This document shows, in pieces, positions 27,021 to 42,569 of a stretch of 64,000 bases of DNA. Made by a program: the position numbers and the translations under genes. The notes under the pieces were generated by a model. It made no database searches. It saw nothing but the letters and a program-made list of their open reading frames with translations, and was not told the DNA's origin. The DNA is from Camelus ferus (lineage: Eukaryota): NCBI RefSeq assembly GCF_009834535.1, contig NC_045697.1, forward strand, positions 28,398,001 to 28,462,000, written 5' to 3'. Within the stretch, counting starts at the first letter, position 1; each line of letters begins with the position of its first letter.

Positions 27021-28428
27021 TAATTTGAGGACTTTTTCTGACTCATAAATTCAGTTTATTTAAGGTCTTTACCTTAAAGCAGTGGTTATTAACCTTTTGG
27101 GGGGTTATAAGCCTTTCTGATAATCTGCTGGAAATTATGTAGCCTCTTCTCCAGAAAAAATATATTGAAACATACAGGTCCGTATTTGCAGAAATTTTAG
27201 GGATACAGAAGCACAGACTTACTCATGGACCTTTAGTGCACAGAACCCCTCCTTCATATTTGAGTATCAATCTAAACTCTGAGTAATTTTATAAGAAAGG
27301 TAAAACTGCAATCTTCCTAGCACTGATTTTAAATAAATAATCATCTAGAAGTAGTTAGGATAGGGTAAGCTCATGTTGTTAGAATATGTAATCTCGATAT
27401 AAATGTTATCAACATTGGTAGGCCCTGGGAATTTTACCCATAACCCACATTTTATTAATGTTTAATCCCGTCTATTTAAAAAGCATTAAAAAAGGCATTT
27501 ATGTTCATTTCCTACAGCTTATTACTAGTCTAGCACCTAGCACACTCAGTAAATGTGTTTTTCAGTGACTCTCCAATATTTTCTATGTTTTTAATAGTTC
27601 ATCTTAAAAAATTTTTGTTTCCAACCCCCTAGATTGATTTCACAAACTACTAATGGGTTTCAACTTGCAGTTAAGAAAACAGTGAGTTATAGGGTGTGTA
27701 TGTGGTCCTTTATACATTTGTTCTCTCATGTTCTTTCATGAAACAGCTCCCCAAAAAACTTGGCAATTGGGTTTGTGAAAAAATTTGTCAGCTGTCCTAG
27801 TCATTTCTACTGCTTGTCAAAGGGAACAGCTCTATGACCCAGTTCACATTTTTATGCTTGAATGCATAGATATATAGCCAGAATATAAATAGGAAGATTA
27901 ATGTTTAGCTTGTATTTCATTTAAGCAAAGCTCATGACTCAGCAACTCAGAAAGTAGTTTTTAAAGACCATAGCACTTGTGAAATACTTGCCTAGAGGAA
28001 GGGAGGAGGGCACTATTTGAATTTTAAAATAAATCAAAGTTAAAGCAATCAGCATTCATATCCACATAAGAAATATCCCAATTTACTTTCTAAAAAAATT
28101 ATTTTATATTTAATGTTTTAATATTTATATTTTAATTTCTTTAATTTTATTTTTTAATACCTGCTTAATAAAGTTTAAAAGTATATGATCCCAAAATTTA
28201 TTCTGATCATTATTTTCATGCAGATGTATTTTAACCACAATGTATATATTATTTGATGTTCTAGGTTTCTTTGTTTTAATTCCATTTAACAGTTCATATG
28301 TAAACATTTGTATGTTCATGCTGTTCTTGGCAAGGTTCTAAAGCTTACTGTGTTGAAACTGATACTGAATGGGTACTGGTGATTTCTATTTTAAGCAACA
28401 GTTACATCAGTTCTTTTCCTCAGTGTGA

Positions 28429-28581
<153 letters not shown>

Positions 28582-30220
28582 TGATTCCATGTACAGAGTG
28601 GTGTTGGGAAGGGTCAGAATCTGCTGTATTTCCTCACTTTTTTCAGGGGAGAACTTTGTAATTGTCTTCTATAAAGTGAACTTTCTTTTTTAAACAAAAA
28701 CAGTGTGTATCTGTTAAAGAAAAATCAGAAAATGTAGCCAACAAAAAAAAGGGTGTAAATATCACCCATAATATTTCTACCCAGTAATATCAATCACTAA
28801 CATCTAAGTGTATATATACTTACATAGTTATATATGTGTATGTACTTAGGTACACATATATAGTGAGCATCTTTTTTTTCTTTCTTTTTTTAAGTATCAT
28901 ATTGCAAATGCCAATGCAAATTTGCAAATGCAAATTTTTTACAAAGAACAGTTTTCAAAAAGGAAGAATTATGCAAGAGCAATTGCTTTGATTTTAGTTC
29001 TTAAAAAAAACTTTAAAAAATGCATTTAGCACTAATATATGCAATAATCGATGCTGAAGAAAAACATGTAGATGTATTTTCAATCTCTTTTAAAAAGTAG
29101 ATACTATGCTTTCTTACTCTTCCTAATAATTTTAGAGGTTAGGAATAATTACAGATTGTTATTCCACATCAATGACTATATTCATATTTCAGAAAAATGA
29201 AAATTTTCAGGCGAGATTAATACATTTATTTTCATTATTTTAATAAAGCATTTGGTGGTGATTTTATGAGGTTCTACACATTATTCTGTGTCATAGAAAG
29301 AAGTATGATAAACAATAACCAGCATTTCCACCAAATCATAAGTAAACATTAGGGAGCATAACAAATTCAGTGCAGAAATACTTTAAAAAAGTAGTTACTT
29401 TCCTATCAGTTTTGTGGTTATTTTTAAATTCATAAATTTGTTTCCTCTCTTCCCTGTGAACTAATCTCTGATTAAGAATGACAACCATAGCAACAAATCA
29501 ATTACACAAAATAAAGGTGTGTTAGAATTCAAATGAATGCTGGTTTAACCTCATCGACTTTCTGCCCTTTGGGCATTGTTGCCATTTAAACCTTGATGGT
29601 TTGGCCCCTGTTGAAGTCTAGCACACAGCCTGTTCCAACCCTGTCACATCTCATGATACCACCATAAGTGGATGCCAGGTTCTCTGGTTTCATTTAAGAA
29701 ACATTATCCTTTCCAGTGAAAATTCCAGAATCGTGCATATTTACCTAAGTGATGTCAATGTTGTATACACACCAGCAGAGGGCAGCTTAGTCTTTAGAAA
29801 AGAAATGAACATGAAAGTTGCAGTTGTCTGAAATGTGGGTTCAGGTTCAACAGCTTTTTCTTTGTTCAGTACTGAGATTTTCTTCCACTTTTTTCCCCTT
29901 CTCTCTTGACTGCTGCTTGTAATCACTTACTCTCAGCTTCAGAACTCTGGTTTCTCAATGAGGAATTTATAACCTGAATTACTTCCATTCTAGTTTTCTC
30001 TGCTCCAGGCTTTAAGTCTTTAAAGCCAACAGAGGTGGGGGCCCAGAGAAGCCTTATTTTCTTTCCTAAAGTAACAGTTGGTCATTTGTGCACAAATGAA
30101 CCATACGATATAACATAATGTCCAGAATGTACTTTTCTGGTCTTACAGGTTGTTTGCATAATTACGTACTTAGTTGAGCTTCTGGTTATTTTTGCTGACA
30201 ACAGCCCTGCTGTTTTCAAG

Positions 30221-30366
30221 GAAAGTTCGTGATCCCCGGGCCAGTTTCGACCAGTCCCTACGTGTACTGAAACACGCCAAGGAGGTTCGGCCTGATGTAA
30301 TTTCTAAAACGTCTATAATGTTGGGTTTAGGTGAGACGGATGAGCAAGTATATGCAACGATGGAAG
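30221..30366 (+). CDS. LIAS: LIAS exon 8
   Basis: 146 nt; [13 protein letters not shown]...[21 protein letters not shown]. Confidence 0.97.
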
Positions 30367-30996
30367 GTAAAGACATTTAAAAGTGAAAACTTTTCCACGT
30401 AATTTGAGTAATAGTAGAAACCCCATTTTAAAGGACCTGTTATGCTTCCTCCATAGTCTCAGTGAAAGTACCATAAGAACAAAGTACGCAGTGTGTAGTT
30501 ATAAACCGCAGCATAAAAAGGGAAGGAAGTGTGTTTTCTTAGAACTTGATGGACTGATGTGCAGGAAGATCAGGATATGAACTTTGCATCCCATTTAATT
30601 CCCTACCCTTTTATCAAGTAAAAACATGATTTGTTCACTTTTCTTATTCGGTCATCAGACAGCTTTTGAGCACTAGCCAGGTACCAGGAGCTCTGGCGAG
30701 CACTGACAATTCACAGACTAGAAGGTTCCAGGTTCCAGGCCTTTGAGGGAGAGCCTGCTACTGCACAGTCACGTAACGTGATGTGCTTTGGACTTTGCTG
30801 ATCCTTAGTCCATTAAGTCCACTTACTTTGTTATTCTTGAGCTTCTTAAATTTTAAAATATGAAAACTTATTTTACCTGAAGGTCCTTGGCCAACCTGCG
30901 ATTATTTATTGATTCAAGAGTAATAAGTACAAATAGTAATTAAAAGCTGCTCTTTACAACAGCGCATGCAGGTAGCTCTGTGAAAACACCTGCTAA

Positions 30997-31104
<108 letters not shown>

Positions 31105-31791
31105 TGAATTACCAAATGTTTATTGGTAATTTGAATTAAGTCTTTATTTTCATAGCTAAAATTAAGAGCTGCTGACTTTTTAGTATAGCGTTCCATGTAT
31201 CTTTCCAAGTTCCAGTTTGCATTTTATTATCTGCATAAAGCAGCTACACTGGCACTTACTTATTCCCCCCAAAATTGTATGACTTAAATAAACATACAGA
31301 AAAAAAGGTTTTTTAAGTTGGGAAATGGCATTCATTCACACTTGGTGACCTTGTGATTTGTTTTAGAGTTATATGAGAGCCAGAGGTGAAGTAAGAAAGA
31401 AAAGTCAGTCTTCCTATCTCTATATTGGACATTTATTCATTCATTCAAGAAACTCTTCTTAAGTAGTGACCATGTACCAGACACAGTGCTAAGCAGAAGA
31501 TCACAAGATGAGTAACAGTCTTGTCCTCCAGAATCTTACAGGCATGACTAATTCTTAATTATACCTGTTAGTCAATAAAGGAATGATACAGATGTAATCT
31601 CTACGGATAATCTCATTTTCCTTCTCTGTCTTTTGGAATAGCTAATATAGTACAGAATTGATATGTTTCCCCTCCTTGCTAATTCACTGTAATTATGTTC
31701 TGGCAGAGTGGCCAACAAGTAGATTTTCTATAGAACCAAGGTGATTTAGGAAAATTCTAGAATCTTATCAGAACCAAATCTTCAAATCTAG

Positions 31792-31923
<132 letters not shown>

Positions 31924-33821
31924 TGATTTTATTTAGACCATAATTTTAAGCATTAAAATTAGAATAGCTGTGATTGCCTTTTGTGGTAGGAAAAAAGGCT
32001 TTTTCTGGAACATCCTTAAGAGCTTTGCACCATAAGAGTGTCTATTTGACTGCATTGCTGCTTGCACCATTAATGTATTTGTGTTTTTCCTCGTAGAAGC
32101 AAAAGAAAAGAAATCATAAGATCATTTTCTCTATAGAAATGTTTGGTGTAATTTTATTAGCTACAATGCTATTTTTTACCTTTGTAATTTCAGCTCTTAT
32201 TTTGATCAGTAGCTTGAGATGACTTATGAAAATAAAAGCCTTTTCCAAAAGATAAAAAGTCATATGATAATGCCACCAAAAGGTCTGTAAAAACATATCT
32301 GAAAGTTGAATTTAATCCAAAAAACATTTATTGTGTTTCCCTTGCAGATTGGACTTAATAATTATAATTGTTTGAAAAATAAACAGCTGGTTATTTTTTG
32401 GTTATGTCTAAACTATGTTATTACTATTAATGATCTTTTAAATGGCTGTGTTACATTTTGAGGTCTAAATAATAGATATGTTTAATTAGACATAAATTCT
32501 ATTTGTAAAAATTAATGTTTAAGTAGTAGTAATATTCATTGTGTTCCCATAAAGAAATTGAAGACATTTTAATGTACTAACAACAGCTTATTCTAGTTAT
32601 GAAACCCAAGAATTTGATTCAACACTGATTGACAGGATGTGGGGACTTTGGAAACCAATAATTATAAGTGATTTATTCTTCTTTAAGCAGTGCTGCTGGC
32701 AAACTAAAAATGTATATAAAGGTTAGAACCAACATCAGCTTCCATAGTGGTTGAAGTAGAATAATATCATTTGAAAGGAGTTTTTAATTTCTGTTGGGTT
32801 TTTTACTGTTATTTCGTGTTGAGGGTTTTTTGGTTTGGTTTGGTTTGGTTTTTGTAAGGAGAATTTCTAACATTTATGAGGAAGAGAATTATGAACTCTT
32901 TATTGCTTTTAAAATTACTAGTACAAGATCAAATTATGGAATGTAGAGCCTTAGATTCAGATGATCAATTAAGATCTGATAATACAGTTCTACTCTTATC
33001 AGACGTCGGCGAGCTCAGTGTAGGGCAGCATGGGTTACTCGCTCCATTACTTGGCTAGGTTATGAGCCTTGGGATTCTTGGTGATTGTGTACAGATACAA
33101 TCATTGCAACTCTACTCATATATTAAGACGACAAAAAGTTCATCAAATTCCTCATAAGGTCAGTGCTGAGCTCTGCCAATAAACATTGAACCATGATGTA
33201 ACAGTGATAGACTAAATGGAACCCTAATGACCTGAAAAGTGATGAAAATGCCCCACCCAAGCAGCTAACTTATTGCACAGGCACAACTTACAGGATAGAG
33301 AAAAAGCAAGTCCATTATAAATGAAGAGTTCTTGCTTCCCTAAAGGGGAATAAGCTAAAGAGATTCCATCAGATGAATCTGCTCAGCTGCAGTGAGGTCT
33401 GCGTTATAAACATCAGTCCAGGCTAATAATGTAGAAGAATTGCTCTCTGAAATGAATTCTGCCAACAGTAGTACTTTGTCAGTGATGAGGAACAGATAGT
33501 GCTCATAAAGTGGAATAAATGTACAGAAGCACTGCATAGATACAATAGAGTCACCCTTTATAATATTGAGTTACTAGAAAGAATGATATTAGAAACTGTA
33601 TAATAAAAAATTTTTTTAAGAATAATGACTAATCATTATGGTTGGGGAAAGGGTCAAAGATACAAGGGATGTATAAGGTTAGAAAATTATTGACATTGAG
33701 ATTTGAGAAGAGAGAAACACCAGTAAATACAGAAGTCTTCTTTAAAGGGGAACACTGAAGTATAATTATTATGAATTGTACTTTAAATTGATAGTAATGT
33801 ATTTTTATTTTTCTTGAATAG

Positions 33822-33874
33822 GTGAATTTTTCCTGAAAAATCTAGTGGCTAAAAGAAAAACAAAAGCCCTGTAA
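33822..33874 (+). CDS. LIAS: LIAS exon 11, stop
   Basis: gaatag|GT; EFFLKNLVAKRKTKAL*; total CDS 1119 nt = 372 aa. Confidence 0.96.
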
Positions 33875-36800
33875 CACTTAACAAGATGTTCAAGATCACA
33901 GAAATTTTTAAAATGTGATTCCAGTTGGTAACAGAGGTGATGGTAAAATGGCTAGACTTAGACATGTCCAGGTCTTTTTGTTTTAAGAAAAATGTCAATA
34001 AGCTATGCATGTTTAATTATTGTAATTCATCTGACTTTTAACGTATCTTCTTTGTCCCAGTAAATAATTGCTTGTTATGATATAATCATAAACATCTTTG
34101 TAAGAGTCTGCTGTTAACAGTATAATTTTAAAAACACATTAAAAACTTCTAGAAAATCTTTTAAGCCTCTGTTACCTATGCATCATTGTCACATTTCATT
34201 TCTGAAGTGACATACTGTGATGAGTCAATATAGATTGAGACTGTGATCAGTTTGCTTATAATTCGCATACATCCTTTGCGTAGTAGTATAACATCATTGG
34301 AATAATTTAGAAAAGCTTAAGAGTTTCAGGGTTGATTCTTCACATTGATATGACTAATTTAGACCTGCAAAATAATTTTATATTGATTACTTGTTGAGAA
34401 TCTCTGTGAAACCAGGACCATGATGTTGTCCAGGATGGGGAAATAAAACCTAAGAATAAAATATTAACTCTCATTTTATAGTAGTTTACTACATCTCATG
34501 CACTACTCATTTTATTCCTCGTATCACTCTGGTGAGGTGGTTGTATTCTGTGATGGTAATGACCTGAAGGATGAATTTCTTTCCTAAGTATTAGAACTCA
34601 AATTCATCTTTTCACTCTGAATCCTATTTTTGTCCTATATCTCACAAAGGAAGTATTTAGGTGGGAATGTTGTAAAATATGTAATGTGGGTAACCAGTTC
34701 TGTTTTGAATTTTTAAGTATATAATTAATTTTTAAAATAAAATGTGTAACTGAAAATTAACTATCTTTTAATTTAACTCAGGAGAGCCATATATACTCTG
34801 ACTCACTTTCCTTATAGATCCTAATAAATTTTACTGTGTAAAATTAACCCCATCAACTTTAAATTTTAACATCTCTAGCAACTACTCTTCTTAAAATTTA
34901 TTATTTTACAGGAAAAATGGATTACTTTTCAGACTGGTTTTGTAACATAATCTGATGTTTCCTCATTTTGCACAGTGTGGGCAAATGGTATTGAAATATT
35001 TTAGTAAAAAAATCATTTTGTCACGCGGAATTTTCATGGAATCCCAATGTAAAATAATTTAAATGGCATTTTATTAGCACAAATGTATGTTAAAGATTCA
35101 GATTTGTAACAACTATACATAAAAATAATGAATGATACAATGAAGCTATTTTGATACAAATGTGAAATTGAGAGTCATGGATGACATTTGCCATCTTTGT
35201 CAGACCTCAGTGGTCTACTTATCCTTTTGTTTTTGATTACATAGTGTTGAGAAAAATTCTGACTGATGCAGCTAAGTATCAGTAAATTAGTAAATATTGG
35301 TAAATTTTTAAGAAATTAAAACATCTAGCAATCTCAGGATACTCCCCAATTAAATTTAATCCAAAAACCTGAAAGAGGCTTAGCAGGAAATATTCAAAGT
35401 GGAATCCAAAATAGTATCTCCAGAATTTGTTGTGCATCCATTCATTATTGCATAACTGACCATTATACCAAGACTAGAATATGTGACCAGTTGCCTGGGT
35501 CTTGCTGGACCTTTGAGTGTGGTGAACATGTGCTGTAGAGGTGTTGTCCCTTGCACTACTGCGTAAGAATGGACAGGCTCGAATTTGAAAAGGCAAAGGT
35601 AGTGCTTTGACCTTCCTCAACAATGATGCATTAAGAAGTGCATTTTGATGCACAGACATGGCAGGAGGCCTATACAAAATTTCTTGATTGGGCAGCACAA
35701 GTTAATGCATCAGTGGTCTCCAATGTGTTCAAATTTGGCATGTGCCCATTTCAGTACATCTGATCTTTTTCTTTCTGTAGCACAAATGGCATTTTTAAGA
35801 AAGTGAAAGTGACAAATGTGCATGGTTTTTAAGAAATTGACTAGTACAGGGGTCCCTGTCCCCTCTCCAACCACTGAATCAGCCAGCCCTGACACCCAGT
35901 TCCTATTTGGTGAAATAATATCTTTATTAATGAAACCAGTTTGAATAGGAGTTTCTCTTGCTTGAAGCCGAAAGCATCTTGACTTTTAGAGATAGTATCA
36001 CTATTATTACATTAAGAAACATGAGCAAAAGAGTGAAAAATAACACCCAAAGAAAGATTTGGAATGTGAGTAGAGCAAAATAGCAGGAGCAGCAGCTGAG
36101 AGGGATGTGAGTACGTGCCCTTCACCCCCTGGGCACTCCCAGCCACTCAGAAGCTGCGCACACATATTTTAACAGATGTTTGTGCTAATAAAATACCATT
36201 TTAATTATTTTTTACTGGGCTTCTGTGAAAATTTCATTCGACAGTCATTCTCTTGCTAAAATTTTGACCACTACATCTTAATTTTCAAGAGCTCTTCTCT
36301 GATTATTCTTTTTTTTTTTTTTTTTTTAAATAGCATCCTGTTCTTGTTTCATGGCTACAGGTTCTTCCGTTTCTCTCTAAGGATAATTAGTGTTTTGAAG
36401 TTGTGGTTTTCTGCATTGAGCATTGTCTCTGTTTCCTTTGTTTGTTTTAGTCTCTGCCTTTTGTGTTGAAGGCTTTCCTTCAACTCCGTGGCTGTGCACT
36501 TTCACACTAAGTGATGAGCCACTCCAAAGCTGTTTGGAAGCTGGGGTGGAAGGGCTATGTAACTGATAGAGTTTCACTGTAGAGTGTTTAGGGGGTGAGC
36601 TGGGTTTCTCAATGAGTGATTCCCAAATGTCAGAATTATTTCCCTAAAGTCATTCGAGTTTTCAAAATAATAATTATAATCCTCAAGTCTTCTGCCTTGA
36701 GTGTTATAAACTTGGCTTCTGGCTTTCTCAGAGCCAAATGAGTAAAAGCAAGAGGGTAGGGGTGTGTGGGTCTCTGTTCAGTATGCAGGCTTTTATTTAG

Positions 36801-37714
36801 TTCCCTTCTTTCCAGGGAACAACACCCTCCCCAAGTCCGAAGCTTTCTGATTCTATTCCTCCTGAAAGTAAACCTCTAATGTCCCATGAGAGTAAGGAGT
36901 GGGAAAGATAGTTTCTTGGTGTGGGGTAGGGTAGAGACTTGGGTGCGTTTGACTCTTCCTTGTACAATCTTCTATCAAAGTCCCCTGTTTTTAGGCCCAC
37001 ACCTAAACCCCACCTCTTGTGGTATGTGGTGCCTCCAATTCTTGGGATCTTCTAAGGGGCCAATTACGTACATCCAGAAGGCAGTTCCTTGTCTGAGCAC
37101 TGGAGTTTCTGCTTGCTTTTCTTTATAATAAGTTACTTAGCTTTCCATTGCTCTCCACCTTCTGAAAATTGGTGGACATTTCTCTTCTACCGGTGCCTCC
37201 TTTCCCATTTTTTGTCCTTGTCAGTTTATAGCTTTCTTATTCCTTTAGTGCCATTTTAGGAAAGTTCAGAGAGAATGAAAATAGTGCATATGGTTAATTC
37301 AACACAGATGACCAACAGTCCAGACAGTGCTCTGACTTGCTGGCTTTGCTTTAGGGCAAACTTGAAGATAGCTAGTGTTGGACTTAGAATGCATAAGGCT
37401 TTGTTTTGGTGCAGAACTGTACTTATTGCTGTAGTTCTCCCTAAACAGCTGAATCAGTTTCTTCAGCAAAGAACCCTCCCCTACTCCCACCTACCTTTTT
37501 TCCCCTTGACCCTGAGGGCTGGGAAAGGTAGTCACATGGGTGTAAATGCCAGGATATAAGTCATTGTGCCTCTGAGGTGGTGAGATGAGAAGGTTGACTG
37601 TTCAAGTTAAAGACTTAGGGTTAAGGCCCTAGCGTGTGCCCCTCTCCCACCTCCTTTTGGGTGGAGCTTCTGCTGTCCTGCTGGGTGTGCCTCCTCCTCT
37701 GGCCTTCACACCAA

Positions 37715-38018
37715 TATTCCAGTTTATCCCTCCACCCTCCCCTTCCCACCCTGGTAACTATAGTTTGTTTTCTACGTCTGTGAATCTGTTTCTGTTTTGT
37801 AAATAAGTTCATTTGTGTTGGGTTTTTTTGTTTGTTTGATTGGTTGGGTTTTTTAGATTACACATATAATTGATATTATATGGTATTTTTCTTTCTCTTT
37901 CTGGCTTCACTTATTATGACAATCTCTTGGTCCATCCATGTTGCTGCAAGTGGCATTATTTTATTTTTTATGGTTGAATAGTATTCCATTGTGTGTGTGT
38001 GTATTATATATGTGTGTG

Positions 38019-38051
<33 letters not shown>

Positions 38052-38285
38052 ATATTACATACTACAATGGCTTTATCCAGTCATCTGTTGATGGACGTTT
38101 AGATTGCTTCCATGTCTTGGCTATTATATATAGTGCTGCTGTGAACATTGGGGTGCATGTGTCTTTTTTAATTAGCATCTCCTCTGATATATGCCCAGGA
38201 TTGGGATTGCTGAATCATATGGTAATTCCATTTTTAGTTTTTTAAGGAACCTCCATACTGTTTTCCATAATGGCTGCACCAAACT
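37715..38285 (-). mobile_element. LINE-1 3' fragment, antisense, inserted in a MaLR-like LTR
   Basis: Minus-strand [32 protein letters not shown] is an L1 ORF2 C-terminal motif. Confidence 0.88.
37990..38051. repeat. Interrupted (TG)n/(TA)n microsatellite
   Basis: Seen directly. Confidence 0.95.
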
Positions 38286-40943
38286 GGAGCAGCCATCTTG
38301 AACTGTGAGATAAGAGACTTGTGTCAATGGTGGCAGAGCCCAGGTAAAGAAGCCTGAGCCCCTGGTGACTACGGAAGTGCCCTGGACCTCCATGTGTGAG
38401 AGAAATACATTTCTGTTCTGTTTAAGACACTTATCTTTTTAGTCTCTATTGAGCAGCCAAGTTTAAATACTAACTAATGTAATTAGTAAGCATGTTTATT
38501 CTAATGCCTTTAAAATTAACACCTATTAAAATTAAGAAAAATGTATATTCACCTAAAATAATCTCCCATGTTACTAGCGGTGTATTGTAAATGCATGTCT
38601 ACAATGAGTAGTCTCTGACCTATATTCAGGGAAAAGGAAGGGAGGAAGGGAGCAAGAGGGCACTGTATCCAACCTATCCTCTGAAGTTTAAAGGTCCTTT
38701 AGAAGTATTATTTTGCAAGACTGGCACTAATGATGTAGTTCTTCCTGTGTTTTTGGTCTAAAACTTTAATACAGTGCCAGTGTATGAATAAACTAGATGG
38801 TAACATCTAGTTTGGGGCTGCAAGCTCTGGAAAGCTAGTTTCAGTCTCTTTAGTGTAACTAAGTTAATATCTTTTTTTTTTAAGAAAGTATATTTTAAAA
38901 TGAAAACCTTCAGTGATTCCATTTATCATTTTAATCATTTTAAAGTATACACTTCAGTAGGATTAAGTATATTCACCATGTTGTGTAACCACTGGTATCT
39001 CCATTTTGACAATTAAATGAAGCCCAAACTTTAGCCTGAAGTTCAAGGCTTTCTACGGTCTCTCCTTAGTCTAAACTTCCAGTCTTCCCCAGCTATTCCT
39101 CTTCATGGTCCCTTCAATTCCAAGCAAAAAAGCAACTTGCTTTTCCCTAGAACCAGTCTGAATTTTCCTGCATACATCTTTTTGCTCCCATTGCTTCTGA
39201 CACAGACTGCTCTTTTGACCCACCCTTCCCTGCTAAGGTCATGTCTATTATAAAGACACATCTCAAATACCAACCTGTCTCCAGGAAGTCTTCCTGTTTT
39301 CCTTGGCAGGAGTAAACTACCTTTGTACCCACATGGCATTTATGGCTATTTTCATATTTGCTCATGTGTCTTAGCGTCTCTGCAAGATTGCTGTCATTCA
39401 TCTATGCCCTCCATTTCCTAGCACCTCACAGCATCTGCCTTATAGTGGGTACACAGACACCCGATTTGAAATAGTCTCAAACGTGAGAACAAGTGAATTT
39501 ACATAGGAAACTAGGCCTTATTTTCAGTAGTTTGTCTGGAACCCTCCTTGCTCTTCCCCATCCCTAGACCCCTGCAGAACCTCAGACCCCTTTGTAGTAG
39601 GTGGGAGTCCCGGGGGAGGCGGGGAGGGGAAGGGCATGTACTCACGTCCTTCTCAGCTGCTGCTTATGCTGTTTTACCTTATCCGTCATCTGATTCTTCC
39701 CCTGGGATGCTATCCTGTCAGCCTGCTTAAGGCCTCATTGCTCCCTGTAGTAATACCTCTGAAATTAGGATGCTTTCAACTTCAGGTAAGAAAAGCTCCT
39801 ACTTCATCTGTTGGGACTTTGAGCACGTTACTTAATCTTTCTAGCCTTCTGCCCTCCATCTGAAAATGAACACTGTTTAGTGTTACTGATTAAAATACAT
39901 CACCTACTACTGTTTCCTAAACTCCAGTCAAAGGCCTTACATGAGGAATAGATGAGAAGGTGCACCTAAAGGGCTCAGCAGAGTGCCTGCCCTGTAAGTC
40001 TTTGTTAATTACTGTACTCAGTGATTCCAGAGCCTACATGTGGCTCTGGGTTAGTGGGACCAGCTTTTATAGTGCCTAACAGGAGTGTCCATCACCTGCC
40101 AGCCATTGCCAGTAAGATCTTTGTGTAAACATTGATCTCATGTAATCCACATAACAACTTTGAGTTAGGGATGAATTATCTCTATTTTATAGATGAGGAA
40201 AATAAGGCTTTTGGGTAACTTAGCCAAGATATCACTTGCTAATAAGTAATGCAATCAGGATTTAAAGCTGGAAGTCTTAAGTTGAATAACATAATTTCTG
40301 GAGAACACACTGTAGGAGAGAGATTTTACTTTCTTACATACCCTTTTGTATCTATTTGAATTTTTTAAAACCATGTCCATGTATTATTTTTGATTTTAAG
40401 TACTAGTTAATAATCTCACATAAAATATTAGCTAATAAAAATAGATATCTTGTATCAACTTTTAAAAACACACGGTCTTTAATTTCCTTAATAGGGGAAA
40501 ACAAGGCTAACCATCTTCTTTCAACTTTTCACACAAAGGCCTCAAATTGCTGTTTAAGTTACCTGCCCAGTTACTGGGGTTTTTTTCCCCCATTATAGCC
40601 AGTTTACATGGCTCTATGAAATGTCTTTTGTATTTTCCCTCAGTTACCAATTCTCCTACCTTTTAATTAGTGTATTTTACGCATAACTATTTACTTATCA
40701 ATCCTAGGCACTGACAGATCCTGCAACTTAAAACCAGTGCCTAATTTTATCTCCTTTAGGCAAGACATCTTTGGGTTATAATCCCTTTAATATAAGGTTA
40801 TTAAACAGAATACAAGAATATTTTCAAGCAGAAATGTAAAGCAAATTCTAACTAATAAGCTCATCCTCACTTCAGTCTTATGGCTCATCTATGTTCAAAT
40901 ACTCTGGTGTTTGTCTCTTTCTGGTGTTTTGCTTCTGGTTCTC

Positions 40944-41090
40944 TGGTCTGCAAACTTTTGTCTTAAAGGGCCAGATAGCAATTTATATAACCACTTAAAA
41001 TGAAATGTAAAAATGTAAAAGACATCTTTAGCTCACAGGCAGCTAGCTAGATTTGGCCCATGAGCTTTAATTTGCTGATACCTAGTCTAT
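40944..41090. mobile_element. hAT-Charlie MER58-like MITE
   Basis: gcaaactttt...aaagggccagatag and gatttggccc...tttgctgatacct termini. Confidence 0.6.
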
Positions 41091-41256
41091 TTGCTAAATT
41101 CCCTCCCTTTCTTGCATCATTTAAAAGAACAATGTAATGCCCTTTTCTCAAAAAAGTAAGGAGTGATATTTTCCTATTTAATGTCAGACTGTCATGACTC
41201 ATTAGTTACATGTACTAGACAAAAAATACACCCACACAGTGGCTGATACAGAGTAT

Positions 41257-41262
41257 TTTATT
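41257..41262 (-). terminator. UGDH: Candidate UGDH polyadenylation signal
   Basis: Minus-strand AATAAA about 1.2 kb past the stop; a second at 41569-41574. Confidence 0.5.
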
Positions 41263-42458
41263 TATGTATTTGATATCTGTACAGATGTCTCTGTCCTCAT
41301 CTTTATCTCTCTAGATTCTTATTGAACCTCAAAATTCCTAAAGGATGAGACTTGCATCTGTTTAATACAATTTGTACACTCTCAGCGGAGCACAAGCATC
41401 AAAGGGACATCTGACATATTTCAATAATGATAAACACAAGAGAAAATCAAAGTCAACAAGAGACAAGAAAAAAAGCAGATGAAAACACAAAATTTCTTAT
41501 TTCAGGATTATGCCATACATAACTTGTAATATCTACTTCTTTAAGTTTATATATGAGATTATACTGTTTTTATTACTTAAAGGCAAAGGGGGAAACTGCA
41601 GTGAATTACAGGAATAAAATGCAAAGTAAAGGTAACACATATTTTTGGCTCTTGGACCAAAAAACTAATGATCTGTGAGGATAAATGAGAAGTGAAGAGG
41701 ACTGAAGTAAATTTTCATTTCACCACATGATCTCATGTTAAAAAAAATTGCCTTTTAGTCTTACTGATTGATTGGAAATGGGCAGTGATGATCTTTTTGG
41801 ACTGAGAAAAAAAAACGATGCAGTTCATTAAAACAAAAGGAGCAAAGGAACAATAACCAAATGATACTTGTAGGGTCACTTCTAATGTGGAAGCACAGGG
41901 GGGAAAAGTTGGACCTCATTCTGTCCACTGCATCCTTCTAAGTTCAGAGAGACAAGAAATGGCAGTGGAGGCCACCTCACTCAATTAATCCAGAAATCTC
42001 TAAATTTCCCTGACACTTTGGAAAAGTCAACAGGTGTAGCTTAGTATTTAACATAGCAATTTTATGGTTTAAAATACGTATTTAATGACAAGTAAATAAA
42101 TGATCAGAAAAACAAGAGTGCCGTTCCCATTAAAATGTGATATTAAACTGCTGCCTAAAGACATTTTATAAAGTAAAAAGTGTTTAAAGTTTAATTTTAC
42201 AAAAATCAACACCATTAAAACCAACATGATTATTTTCTACTCATCCAATCACTGAGGTAACAATATTATAAAAATATGTAAAAAAATTCTAGTTTCATAA
42301 TTACCAGATACGCTAATTCCCATACAACTAGTATAAATGTGATTATTAAAAAAATAGTTTTGTTTCCTTAAAAGCACTTGGTTCATTTACCATTGAATAT
42401 CAGATAAATATTTGCTATCCTAAAGTACCAAAAAAATTACAGATAAAAATGGCAATGT

Positions 42459-42569
<111 letters not shown>

